Assembly: GCF_964213995.1 (NCBI RefSeq)
Contig: NC_135830.1
Coordinates: forward strand, 9,362,001 to 9,426,000
DNA: 64,000 bases
Origin: Mustelus asterias
Taxonomy: Eukaryota
Direction of reading: 5' to 3'
Positions 36,416 through 49,048 of the stretch are shown in pieces. The notes below the pieces were generated by a model. The model was not told the DNA's origin, searched no databases, and saw only the letters and a program-made list of their open reading frames with translations. The position numbers and the translations under genes are program-made. Within the stretch, counting starts at the first letter, position 1. Every line of letters begins with the position of its first letter.

Positions 36416-36497
36416 GCCGAAGGGTATGATTCGGGCTGAGGATGTTAACATCATCAACTTGCGAGATATCCCGGGTTCAAAGGCCGAGCGAGAGCTC
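36416..36497 (+). pseudogene. Decayed tRNA-Pro paralogue with a 17-nt insert at position 37/38
   Basis: GGGTATGATTCGGGCTGAGGA[TGTTAACATCATCAACT]TGCGAGATATCCCGGGTTCAAA. The 5' acceptor strand is deleted. Confidence 0.65.
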
Positions 36498-37334
36498 TCA
36501 TTCAGCTGTCGTTTCGTATTGGACAATTCAAAGGTTTTGTAAATGTATTTGCAGTGCAAGCGGTGGGATTGGTTTACGTGGGATATGGTTTGAGAACCTG
36601 AGCACACAGTGCAGGCAATCTATCAACACAACACTCACACAATTAAATCAAGACATTAAAAGGTGAATATACTTGTGGCCACTCACTTGATCTCTGGTCA
36701 CCAGTTTAAAGGACCCCATGTTTGTTGGTTCAGGCAGCTGGCTGTGTGTATATTGTTATTCATTCATGAGTTGTGGATGTGTACCCCACTCGCTATTCCT
36801 GTTTTTCATTGTCTCTATGTATCTCCCTCAGAATCTGTCAGTGTCTCTGACTGTGTTTTTATTACGTTGACCGATTTTGATCCTTGCTGTCTTCATTCAT
36901 TCGCTGTCTCTGTGCATCCGAGCTTCACGGAATTGATTTCTGCGTTTCTCCTGGTAGCAGAGATTCAGTGGGATGAGTCTGTTCGCTCTGGAGTTTAGAA
37001 TAATCAGAGGTGATCTTATTGAAAAGTCTGAAACTGGGAAACAGTTTGACAGTGTACATGCTGAGAGGCTGTTCCCCCCAACCCTGGCTAGTTTATTATG
37101 AACAAAAAAAAAGGTGAATTGTTTAAGAGGATTTTGGAATGTTTGGGAGAGGTGAAGCTGAGCATTGCAAGATGTGAATGATGTAATTGATGATTGAGAG
37201 GAAGGGATAGGAACCTTGAGGATTCTGTAGGTCGATTCATTGAACTTTGAAATCAGAGCAAGCATCGACACCAGTTGGAAAAACAATTTTTGTCTCCATA
37301 CATTTTAGGTTATGGAAACCAACCTGATCCATGT

Positions 37335-37407
37335 GCTTGGCGAGCTCAGTCGGTAGAGCATATGACTCTTAATGACAGGACTGTGGGTTCGAGCCTCACG
37401 TTGGGCG
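37335..37407 (+). pseudogene. tRNA-Lys(CTT) pseudogene
   Basis: GCTTGGCGAGCTCAGTCGGTAGAGCATATGACTCTTAATGACAGG..TTCGAGCCTCACGTTGGGCG, with acceptor and anticodon stem mismatches. Confidence 0.8.
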
Positions 37408-38964
37408 TCATTTTCCCCATTCTTGGGTGAATTCCCGATCTTCGTTCCTCCAGAAGTGTCACCGCTCAAACTGAGTCTTTCTCCTTTCGACGTTGTTTAT
37501 CTCACAGTTGTGGGTTTGTGACTGAAAACTGCCTCCTGTTCACTGGAAGGCGGAGAGTTTAGCGCTTAACTCAGCGACAGGTTTTGTTCTCATTTATTGT
37601 GAGATTCAAAACCAGATCGGCGCGATTGTGTCAGTGGGAACAATAATCATCTCCATTGTAATTCAATCACTCCAGCCTTCCATCCTATCAAAAGACCGTC
37701 TGTCCTTTCCTCCTCTCCCTTTCTATTTTCCTTGATTCTGTGCGTGTTTGTAAATCATTAAATCACCAATTTCTTCCAGTTAGGGTCAAAGATCAGCAAC
37801 CTGAATCATTCACTCTCTTTCCCTCTCCACAGAAGCTGTTGAAGCTGATGCGTGCTTCTAACATTTTCTGTTTTGAGGTGGGATTTGCAGCAACTACAAT
37901 ACCTTGTTTGGGATCACAGTGGATCACTTTTCTCTGACTGAATCTTACCTGTTTGAACAGTTAAAGGGCTGCGGTTTTAAATAATGAGACACCAGAATAT
38001 GTCACCCTATTTGACATGAAATGAAACAAAATGAGAATTAATCATTTCATAAAATGCTGCGAATGCAATATATATTTCATTGTCAATGCCAGCATTTGTT
38101 ATTCACCCCTATTTCCCACTGAACTGAGTATTTTGCTGGGCCATTTCAGAGGGCAGTTAAGAGTCAATCACATTGCCTTGGGTTTGGAGTCCAATGGATA
38201 CCAGAAAGGGGAAGGATGGCAGATTTCCTTCTGCAAAAGGTCCAGATGAGTTTTCATGACAATCAGAAAACAAGCTTCATTACTGAGACGAGCTTTCACT
38301 TCCGTTTCAGTTCTAGATTGTGGTGGGATCGGGACCTGTGAGCCTGGGCCACAGGATTCATACTCCACTGATTTTACCACTACGTCACCATCATCCCCGA
38401 AGGGTATAAGTGTAAATCCTTCACATGGAACAAACCGCTTAATTTCACATTGAAAAAATAAGATTTAAAGCAGTGTACTGTGGAAATCAGTGTCAGAGAC
38501 TCAGGATACCGGGGAATTGATGAGATATCGATTGCGTTCATTCAAAGACAGAAAAATGTGGTGAATGCTCAGTTTGAGTGATGAAGGAGCTGCGCTCCGA
38601 AAGCTAGAGATTCCAAATAAATCTGTTGCACTTTTAGCTGGTGAGAATTCTTACCGGGCACTGAAGGGCATTTGATTTACAATTCGCAAAAAGATGATTT
38701 TTATAAAATTAACAGCTTTCAGCAAATCGCACCGCAATCACATTGCAAACGGTGCAGTGGGTTACTCTCCTGGCCTCATTGCATCAGCTCCAGAGGACGA
38801 TTGCTCAAGAACACAAAAAGCTCAGCGATAAAGAGGTCGACGGCTTCATTCATCAGCGATTGACCGAGAGCACGATACCTTTCTCCGAAACCACACGCAC
38901 ACATGCATGCACGCACACACCCACGCACGCACACTTGCTCAATAATGCTCCGGCCACCTCAATT

Positions 38965-39036
38965 TCCTTGTTGGTCTAGTCGTTAGAATTCGCCGCCTTC
39001 AGTGCCATCGTCTGGGTTCAATTCCCGGTCAGGGAA
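38965..39036 (+). pseudogene. tRNA-Glu pseudogene (paralogue at 54938-55009)
   Basis: TCCTTGTTGGTCTAGTCGTTAGAATTCG..GGGTTCAATTCCCGGTCAGGGAA. Confidence 0.7.
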
Positions 39037-40171
39037 TGATGATTCATTGCTCTCGTGTAACACATGAATTAAGGAGAGTGGGTATTACTTCCTGATCCAA
39101 AACGGGAGCGATACTTGTGGCAGGTTGAACAGCAGGGAGGAAAAATCTGCCCCAATCCACAATCCTGTCAATTACCCACAACAATTAATATTTACATTAA
39201 GAAGTCTCACAACACCGGATCGATTTGGAATCAAGAGCTTTTGGGGCGCTAATAAAATGAAGCAAATTTATTTTATTATCGGAGCAATTGAACGAGTTGG
39301 ACTATAACATGATGTTGTGAGTCTTCTTATTGTGCCCATCCCAGTCCAACGTCCGTATCTCGACATCATATTTACATTGCAATTGCTGGCACCCCCTGTC
39401 AAAATGAGTGAGCTACCTTCTGCTGCATTAAATTTCACTGTAGCTCACCACATTCAAAGAGTAATGTTTGTTATAAACCTTATTGTAGTAAATCTGTTGA
39501 AACGATTCAGCTTATCACAGCTCCGCTTTCATCACACTGGAAGCTAATGTGAAAATATGAACAACTTCAAAGCTGAACAACGTGCACAAGATTGGAAGGT
39601 GAGTGCAACCGTGAGTAATTGGCACTGTGCATATTCCTGTAGTCAGTTTCTGGGAGAATCAGGAAGATGAAATTCTGGTGGTCCAGTGGTTAGGATTCGG
39701 CGCTTTCAGAGTCATAGATCGGCTTCGATATGCTAAGATTTAAAGTTTTTCATAATCCGTTCAACAAACCTGAATTGCTTCCTGATCGAAAACAGCTCTG
39801 TCAGAAGCAGTGCAGTTAGATCTATAATTCTGTGTCTGAATTGGAAATGTCACACGGGCAACAGTTTAAGAATAAACACAGATAGTGAACGGCCGTGATA
39901 GGCTGCAAAGCGCTGCCAATAGAGATGGGGATACAAATCTGTATGACAATGGGGTAGATTTTATCGATTAGGTTGACACAAATATCTCCTCGACCTGGAT
40001 CCAAATCTCAGCCAAATCACAAGAAAACATCTCGCTAACTTAAACACGAAGCTCTCCGACTTCACTCAGAAACCAGTAACTCTGAGACAAAGCGGGATGC
40101 AGTCTGACCACTCGATCCCCCTCCACACTTAATAAGAATATGCTGGATCCCGTGAACCAGCTTGCGACTGA

Positions 40172-40243
40172 GGGGGTGTAGCTCAGCGGTAGCGCATTTG
40201 ACTGCAGATCAAGAGGTCCTCGGTTCAAATCCGAATGCCCCCT
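40172..40243 (+). tRNA. tRNA-Cys(GCA), with some stem mismatches
   Basis: GGGGGTGTAGCTCAGCGGTAGCGCATTTGACTGCAGATCAAGAGGTCCTCGGTTCAAATCCGAATGCCCCCT, with a poly-T at 40262. Confidence 0.75.
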
Positions 40244-40880
40244 TCCTTGTCGAGCTGATCCTTTTTTTTCAATTGGAACTATCTTCCATTGGCTGCACAG
40301 CGCGTTGTGACGTCCAGCAACCGGGAAAGGCGCGACATAAATACAAGTCGGTCTTTCATTAATTATCTTTAATCCCAATCCTTTGGTTACTGACCCTCGT
40401 CAGTGGAAACAGTGTGTCCCTATCTGCTCTATCAAACAGCCCTTTTCCATGTGCACTATCTGCTCTAAATCTCAGGACTTTGCAATTATAAAAACAGCAT
40501 TCTGGTGAAAGTTTAACTCAGTCCTCATTCCACTGATCTTTGCCGACTTGCTGTGTATTTTCCTTATTGAACACATTTCAGGATGCGACAGACGGATTCC
40601 TGAGAAATCTGAGAAAGAAGGGGAGTGTGCAGGAAAATGGAAACCCAAGATCAAACATGGGTTAAAGTTTCGAGTTCAGTTATTGAGTTTAATAATATTT
40701 GATATATATAAATTGTTACAAATAAGATGTTGGAGATAAATGTTCAATAAACTAACGTCGGCTAACAGTAGAGGCAGAAACACACGATAAGTTTTTTTTT
40801 AGTGTTGCCCAAGGACTCAGTGACACTCAAAAACCGAGAGACAATGAAAGCAGATGGAGAGGAAAAAAAAGTGAAAGCCC

Positions 40881-40904
40881 CGTCTCTGGATGGTCTCGAA
40901 CCAT

Positions 40905-40937
<33 letters not shown>

Positions 40938-40954
40938 AATTGCGCCACAGAGAC
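40881..40954 (-). tRNA. tRNA-Asn(GTT)
   Basis: GTCTCTGTGGCGCAATTGGTTAGCGCGTTCGGCTGTTAACCGAAAGGTTGATGGTTCGAGACCATCCAGAGACG. The stems pair and a T8 terminator follows. Confidence 0.92.
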
Positions 40955-41374
40955 TGACGCAACTGAAGGTTACATGGCATCCTAAATCAGGGTGACAGCG
41001 TGTTGGCTGCAAGTTAGACGCCAATTCAATTTTCACCAAACCTGACACAGAAAGACCAAATTATGGCATCGTTCAGAAATCTAAACATGTATATTTTATT
41101 ATTTTACCCCACAGTGTTGTTGTGGTGTAATGGTTCATCCCTTCTAACATGGAAAACGGCCGTTTGATAGAGCAGGGAGGGACAGACTGTTCCCACTGAC
41201 TGGGCTCAGTAACAGAGGACGGGGATTGAAGATCATGAAATATTTGCATTTATATAGAACCTATCCCGACCAGCGGACGTCACAAAGCACTTTCCAGTCA
41301 ATGAAGGGCAGTACCTTAATTAACATGTTTTACTTGTTTCCTTAAAGTTCTTGGTTATTTGAATAAAATAGCTT

Positions 41375-42010
41375 GTTATGGCTGATCTTGGGGTACAACT
41401 CAGCTTTTCACCCGCTCCCCATATCCCTGAATTCCCCGAGAGACCAGAAACCTGTCTATCCCAACCTTAAATGTATTCGATGATGGAGCTTCCATAACTG
41501 TCTGGCATAGAAAATTTCAAAGATTCACAACCATTTCAGTGAAGTAATTTCGCCTTATCTTAGGCCGAAATGATCAGCCCATTTTCCTGAGACTGTACTG
41601 CCGTGGGTTAGATTTCCCGACAAGCAGAAGAAATCTCTCAGCCTCCACCCTGTCAAACCCAATCAGACTTGTGTAGGTTTAATGAAATCGCCTCTCATTC
41701 CTCCAAACTCCAGAGACTTTCAGCCCAATTTACTCAGCCTCTCATCATACGACAACTCCCTCATCCCAGGGATCATCTGCTGAACCTTATCTGCACCGTT
41801 TCCAATGCAAATAAACCCTTTATTAAATGTGAATATCATATCTGCACAGAATATTCAACTTATGGTCTCAACAAAACTCTGTGCAACTGCAGCAACACCT
41901 CGTTATACTTGGACTCCAGTCTGCCGTCAATAAAGACTAAAATGGAAGTTTCCTTCCACTCATTGCCTGCACCGACATGCCAGCTTTATGCATTCCTTGT
42001 ACAAACGCAT
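41375..42010 (-). mobile_element. Old CR1 3' fragment (related copy at ~34330-34900)
   Basis: Decayed similarity to the 3' end of the 11594-15845 element. Confidence 0.6.
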
Positions 42011-42206
42011 CTATTCTATTCTCAATATCGACACGAACCTTTTTTAGCTCTTCAAATATGTCCTGCTCTTTCGATTTTTTTACGAAGAAGGACATATCTT
42101 TTCGCTTTCCAAAATCACACCCGATCTGAACCTCGACTTATCTCTTGTTTGACTTTTAGACTCTCTTCCCCTTTCCGACAGCTTCTATCAGCTAAACTTT
42201 GCCCGT

Positions 42207-42279
42207 AGGCTCCAGCGAGAATTGAACTCGCGACCCCTGGTTTACAAGACCAGTGCTCTAACCACTGAGCTATGGAGTC
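42207..42279 (-). tRNA. tRNA-Thr(TGT), with one acceptor-stem mismatch
   Basis: GACTCCATAGCTCAGTGGTTAGAGCACTGGTCTTGTAAACCAGGGGTCGCGAGTTCAATTCTCGCTGGAGCCT. Confidence 0.85.
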
Positions 42280-43232
42280 AAATGCTGCAAGAAGCTGCCA
42301 CTAAGTGCAGCATTATCCGTGGATTGAGGACCAGGATGGGGTTTGAGGACGGAGATTTTTGATGAATGTGGAAATGTCTGAGGTGGAGAGCCGGAAGTTA
42401 AAAGACAGAAGTTGAAAGTGACATGATTTGACATGTGTATTGTGTATGTACTTGACATGTATGTTGTGTGTGTCATGTGGTTCTTCTTCAGAGTTTATCG
42501 TTAATGTTACATCTCTGATTTTTCCAGCTCTGATACAAGTTCATCCAGCTGGACGATTTAGCTTGTTGTTACCTTCACGGACGCTGTTTTTATTGAATGA
42601 AGAAATGAACAAAAATTTATTCACTCCGTGACTGGGAATCGAAACCGCGTCACGGCGCCGACGCTGATCACTGGACCCTCAGTGACGCTGATGTGACAAA
42701 TATGGAGTGAGTTGATCATCTCTGCACCCATTGCTTCATTTCCGATAACTTTCTTATAAAAAAAAGTCACAATGAGGAGTGACGGGAAGCGCACATGACA
42801 GGATTTGAACCTCAGTTAGAAAATCCCAATCCATCCCCTGGGCCGGGACTGCAGTCTCAATGTTTGCAATCCTGCTGTTTAATTCGACAGACAGCCATTC
42901 AACCGGTGTTCCCGTTTGTATTCTCCATCGGAGCAGCTCCACTCCTCCCAGCTTTGACAAAGGGTCATCTGGACTCGAAATGTCAGCTTTCTTCACTGCT
43001 TACAGATGCTGCCAGACCTAGTGAGATTTTCCAGCATTTTCTCTTTTTGTTTCCGATTCCAGAATCCACGATAATTTGCTCCAGTCCTTCCACACTCGTT
43101 CCTTTACCTCAACAACTGTTTACATTGCTCTGTCGCTCCTCTTTCTTCATGCCAAAAACGACACGGCACAAACTCTTGCATTCAATCTGAAATGCTGGAC
43201 TTCAGCTGCAGGGACCAAAACTCAAACCCATT

Positions 43233-43315
43233 CTGGCAGTGGCTGCAGTCGAACACAACAACTCCGTAGAGACTGGACCTTCAGGTACGGACTTAGATTA
43301 CTCAGCTCCGTTACC
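43233..43315 (-). pseudogene. tRNA-Leu pseudogene, paralogue of 31519-31600
   Basis: Decayed Leu body. The flank 43155-43232 is homologous to 31440-31518. Confidence 0.6.
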
Positions 43316-45297
43316 ACGTATGCAGCTGTGCCCTTTACTGGTATTGTTATTGAAATTAGCAGCAAAGGAGCTGCAACAGTCCATCAGTTGGCTTGAGCCT
43401 GCTCCTTCACTGAATCAATTTATCCTGAACTGTGTAACAAGCAGGGATCACATCCAGTCAGAAACAGAATGAGCTGCAGTGAAGGACCAGCACCATTTAA
43501 ACTGCCCTTAACTTTGTCTGGTTCCCAATATCGTGCCAGAAATGACAAAAAAACCTCCTGTTGAATTTGCTCAGTCTTCACTTCAGGACACGAGGCGAGA
43601 TTGTGTTTTATATGTTCCACCAGGCAATAACTGACACTTGTTTTTACGGTTTGGATGAGAGCAACAAACCTCCATTACCTGACCACCAATCCAAACAGCA
43701 GTGAAAGTGTCAAACTCTAACCAACAGATCAGCTGCTTGTTGCCTGTTTGACAACTTGTTTTACACACACTGCATGTGTTGCTTTATTTTTCGCGCCAGG
43801 CCAGACTACATTCACCACAAGCAAGTCTCTGTTGCAATATCGCACCTTCTGTTTCCACCCCAGTGATACATTCAATTCGTGACAACAGACAACAGACATT
43901 CCACTTACAATTATTAATTCCACTTCCGACTGTTTGAAACGAGAGAGAACCTTTTCCAAATATTTCCATTGCAGCGTGAGGGAAAAGTTGAATAATTCAG
44001 TGTGAACGCCAAAATCTGATCTTTTTACCATCCAAATGTTACCTTACATCACCGTCTCTATTGTCAGCGCTTTGCAGCCTATCACTATCTTTCTGCTACT
44101 GTGTTTGTTCTTGACCTGTTGCGCATGTGACATTTCCAGCTGTGATGTAGACTTGCAAAACTCACTCGGCTCATATTAATAGATCTGCTTTCGATCAGAT
44201 AGTAAATCAGGTTATTTTTTAATAGTTCGCTGAGAGCTAAAAATAATCGTTCTCTGAACGGGAATTGAAAACAAACAACAATAGGGGAGTACTGAATACA
44301 ACCCACTGGACTCCCAGGGCCACGGGTGAACTGTGTTTTTCAAAATGACTTACCATATATCCCTTAATGTGTCCAGTTTGGATGGAACATAAGTGACTGC
44401 TTCAGCTAATGACAACACCGATTGTGCTTGCTGGGAAATGAAATCGACAGTGAGGTCAAATAGTCCCACAAGATGCTGAAGTGATCGTGGTATATAAAAT
44501 TCTAAATAGGATTGAAGAAAGTGAAATCTTTTTTCTTATGCGCAATCGGGAACACCATGTCAAATGTATAGGTTGAGAGGTGGTAGATTTAAAACTGAAA
44601 TGAGGAGGAACTGCTTCTCACTGAGGGTCGTGAATTTGTGGAATGCATTGCCGTATAGCGCGGTTGAGTCTGAATCATTAAATGATTTCAAGAAAGAGAC
44701 AGATATATTCCTGATAATTAAAGGGATGAGGGGATATTGGAACAGGTAGGGAGGTGGATTTGAGAACAGGGAGAGATCAGTCATGAACTGATTGCATGAC
44801 GGTTCAGGCTCGAAGCGCTGAATTTGCCCACTTCTGCTCCTAATTCTATTTCCTAAGTGTAAATTTCAATTTTTCAAACCCACCAACTCATCACTGTGGC
44901 TCCAATGTAATCTACGTACATTACATCCACAGGTTCCCCTTCATCCACAACACAACTGAGTCCTGTAAGGGACTGAGGAATGGCCCCATTCTGTGGTTTA
45001 ATTACTTTAAATTTCTTTGTTTCCCTCATTTAATCTCTCCTGATTTACACCCGCAAGAGGCCTCAAACCCTCTTGTTATGCTGCTGGATAACACGTGTTT
45101 AAAACTTCCTACATTTCTAAAAATTCCCAGTTGTTCCCAATGAAAGGTTATGGAGCTAAAATATAAGATTTGTTTTCCTGTGCACACAAGCTGTCTGGCT
45201 TTCTCAGTTTTTCCAGCATTTTCACCTTTCACTGCAGAAGTCTGAGCAGCTTTGGATGTCAATGGAAATATTTTCATTGAACAACATCCTCAGCAGC

Positions 45298-45389
45298 GGC
45301 TCGTTGGACGAGAGGTATGACTCGGGCCTGGGGAGTAAACATCTACAAACGTGCGAGCGATCTCGGGTTCACATGCCGGGCTCGATCCC
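45298..45389 (+). pseudogene. Decayed tRNA-Pro paralogue with an 18-nt insert at position 37/38
   Basis: GGCTCGTTGGACGAGAGGTATGACTCGGGCCTGGGG[AGTAAACATCTACAAACG]TGCGAGCGATCTCGGGTTCACATGCCGG. Confidence 0.72.
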
Positions 45390-46480
45390 TCAATCAGCTG
45401 TTGTTTCGTATTGGACAAGTCATAGGTTTTATAAATGTATTTTCAGTGCAAACGTTGGGATTAGTTTACGTGGGGTTTGGTTTGAGAACCTGAGCACACA
45501 GTGCAGGCAATCTATCAACACAACACTCACACAAGAAAATCAAGACATTAAAAGGTTAATATGCTTGTCGCCATTTACTTTATCTCTGTTCACCAGTTGA
45601 GCGGACCCCATGTTTGTTGGTAGAGACAGCTGGCTGTGTGATTATTGTTATTCATTCGTGGGTTGTGGATGTCTACCCCACTCGCTATTTCTGTTTTTCA
45701 TTGTCTCTATATATCTCCCTCAGACTCACTGACGATGTTTTTATTACATTGACATATTTTGCTCCTTGCTCTGTCCATTATTTCGCTGTCTGGGTGTAAG
45801 CGAGGTTCACTGGATTGATTTCTGCGTTTCTCGTGCGAGGAGAGAATCAGTGGGATGAGTCTGTTCGCTCTGGAGTTAAGAATAATCAGAGGTGATCTTA
45901 TTGAAAAGTCTGAAACTGGGAAACAGTTTGACAGTGTAAATGTTGAGTTCCCTCCACCCTGAGCTAAATTATTAAGAACAAAGAAAAATAGGGAGAATGA
46001 TGTAAGAGGAGTTTGGAATATTTGGGAGAGGTGAAGCTAAGAATTGGAAGATGTGAATAATGTAATTAATGATTCAGAGGAATGGATAGGGAATTTGGGG
46101 ATTCTGTCGGTGGATTCATTTTAAACTTTGAAATCAGAACAAGCTGAAGACACCAGATGGACAAACCGTATTTGTCTCCATGCATTTTAGGTTATAGAAC
46201 ATAGAACATAGAACAGTACAGCACAGAACAGGCCCTTCGGCCCACGATGTTGTGCCGAGCTTTATCTGAAACCAAGATCAAGCTATCCCACTCCCTATCA
46301 TCCTGGTGTGCTCCATGTGCCTATCCAATAACCGCTTAAATGTTTCTAAAGTGTCTGACTCCACTATCACTGCAGGCAGTCCATTCCACACCCCAACCAC
46401 TCTCTGCGTAAAGAACCTACCTCTGATATCCGTCCTGTATCTCCCACCACGAACCCTATAGTTATGCCCCCTTGTAATAG

Positions 46481-49048
46481 AACATAGAACATAGAACATA
46501 GAACATTACAGCGCAGAACAGGCCCTTCGGCCCACGATGTTGCACCGACCAGTTAAAAAAAAAACTGTGACCCTCCAACCTAAACCAATTTCTTTTCGTC
46601 CATGAACCTATCTACGGATCTCTTAAACGCCCCCAAACTAGGCGCATTTACTACTGATGCTGGCAGGGCATTCCAATCCCTCACCACCCTCTGGGTAAAG
46701 AACCTACCCCTGACATCGGTTCTATAACTACCCCCCCTCAATTTAAAGCCATGCCCCCTCGTGCTGGATTTCTCCATCAGAGGAAAAAGGCTATCACTAT
46801 CCACCCTATCTAAACCTCTAATCATCTTATATGTTTCAATAAGATCCCCTCTTAGCCGCCGCCTTTCCAGCGAAAACAATCCCAAATCCCTCAGCCTCTC
46901 CTCATAGGATCTCCCCTCCATACCAGGCAACATCCTGGTAAACCTCCTCTGCACCCTCTCCAAAGCCTCCACATCCTTCCTGTAATGTGGGGACCAGAAC
47001 TGCACACAGTACTCCAAGTGCGGCCGCACCAGAGTTGTGTACAGTTGCAACATAACGCTACGACTCCTAAATTCAATCCCCCTACCAATAAACGCCAAGA
47101 CACCATATGCCTTCTTAACAACCTTATCTACTTGATTCCCAACTTTCAGGGATCTATGCACAAATACACCTAGATCCCTCTGCTCCTCCACACTATTCAA
47201 AGTCCTCCCGTTAGCCCTATACTCAACACATCTGTTATTCCTACCAAAGTGAATTACCTCACACTTCTCCGCATTAAACTCCATCCGCCACCTCTCGGCC
47301 CAACTTTGCAACCTGTCTAAGTCTTCCTGCAAACTACGACACCCTTCCTCACTGTCTACCACACCACCGACTTTGGTGTCATCAGCAAATTTGCTAATCC
47401 ACCCAACTATACCCTCATCCAGATCATTAATAAATATTACAAACAGCAGTGGCCCCAAAACAGATCCCTGAGGTACACCACTTGTAACCGCACTCCATGA
47501 TGAATATTTACTATCAACCACCACCCTCTGTTTCCTATCCGCTAGCCAATTCCTGATCGAATTTCCTAGATCACCCCCAATCCCATACATCTGCATTTTC
47601 TGCAGAAGCCTACCATGGTGAACCTTATCAAACGCCTTACTAAAATCCATATATACCACGTCCACTGCCTTGCCCCCATCCACCTCCTTGGTCACTTTCT
47701 CAAAAAACTCAATAAGGTTAGTAAGGCACGACCTACCTGCCACAAAACCATGCTGACTATCACCTATCAATTCATTACTCTCCAAATAACTATAAATCCT
47801 ATCCCTTATAATTTTTTCCAACATCTTGCCGACAACAGAAGTGAGACTCACCGGTCTATAATTCCCGGGGAAGTCTCTGTTCCCCTTCTTAAACAATGGG
47901 ACAACATTCGCTAACCTCCAATCTTCTGGTACTATACCAGAGGCCAACGACGACCTGAAGATCAGAGCCAGAGGCTCTGCAATCACTTCTCTTGCCTCCC
48001 AGAGAATCCTTGGATAAATCCCATCCGGACCAGGGGATTTATCTATTTTCAGACCCTCCAGAATATCCTGCACATCCTCCTTATCAACTGTAATACTGTC
48101 TATTCTACTCCCCTGCAACCCAGTGTCCTCCTCAGCTATATTCATGTCCCCTTGCGTGAACACCGAAGAGAAATATTGGTTCAATGCTTCACCAATCTCC
48201 TCCGGTTCCACACATAACTTCCCTCTGCCATCTATAACTGGCCCTAAACTTGCCCTAACCAACCTTCTGTTCTTGACATACCTATAGAACGCCTTAGGAT
48301 TCTCTTTAACCCTATCCGCCAAAGTCTTCTCATGTCCCCTTTTAGCCCTTCTAAGCTCGCTCTTCAACTCCCTCTTAGCCAATCTAAAGCTTTCTAGTGC
48401 ACTACCCGAGTGCTCACGTCTCATCCGAACATAAGCCTCCTTTTTCTTTTTAACCAACAAAGAAACTTTTTTGGTGCACCACGGTTCCCTAGCCCTACCA
48501 ATTCCTCCTTGCCTGACAGGGACATACCTATCACAGACTCGCAGTAGCTGCTCCTTGAAAAAACTCCACATGTCGGACGTTCCCAGTCCCTGTAATCTCC
48601 TAGTCCAACCTATGTTTCCTAATTCTCTCCTAATAGCCTCATAATTACCCTTCCCCCAGCTAAAACCACTGGCCCGAGGTTCATGCCTATCCCTTTCCAT
48701 CACTAAGGTGAACGTAACCGAATTGTGGTCACTATCACCAAAATGCACACCAACTTCCAAGTCTAGCACCTGGTCTGGCTCATTTCCCAGCACCAGATCC
48801 AATATAGCCTCACCTCTAGTTGGCCTGTCTACATACTGAGTCAAAAAACCTTCCTGCACGCTTTGAACAAAAACTGACCCCTCTAACGAGCTAGAGCTAT
48901 AACAATTCCAGTCAATATTAGTCAAGTTAAAATCCCCCATAACAATTGCCCTATTACTTTCACTCCTAAGCAGGATTGACTCCGCAATCCTTCCCTCAAC
49001 CTCTCTAGAACTTTTAGGAGGTCTATAAAAGACTCCCAACAGGGTGAC
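46481..49048 (-). mobile_element. Nested 5'-truncated CR1 (inner element) with an uninterrupted ~820-aa ORF2 part
   Basis: ORF 46580-49054 (partial APE and full RT) with its own (ATAGAAC)n tail. It splits the outer ORF2 at RVDG/AITRGH. Confidence 0.92.

Noticed and set aside
33215-44310. Very decayed tRNA-like traces (~33215, ~35385, ~39673, ~42620, ~42790, ~44250; also ~55645 and ~63240)
   Set aside because: Too degenerate to assign boundaries or isotype reliably, so not listed as features.
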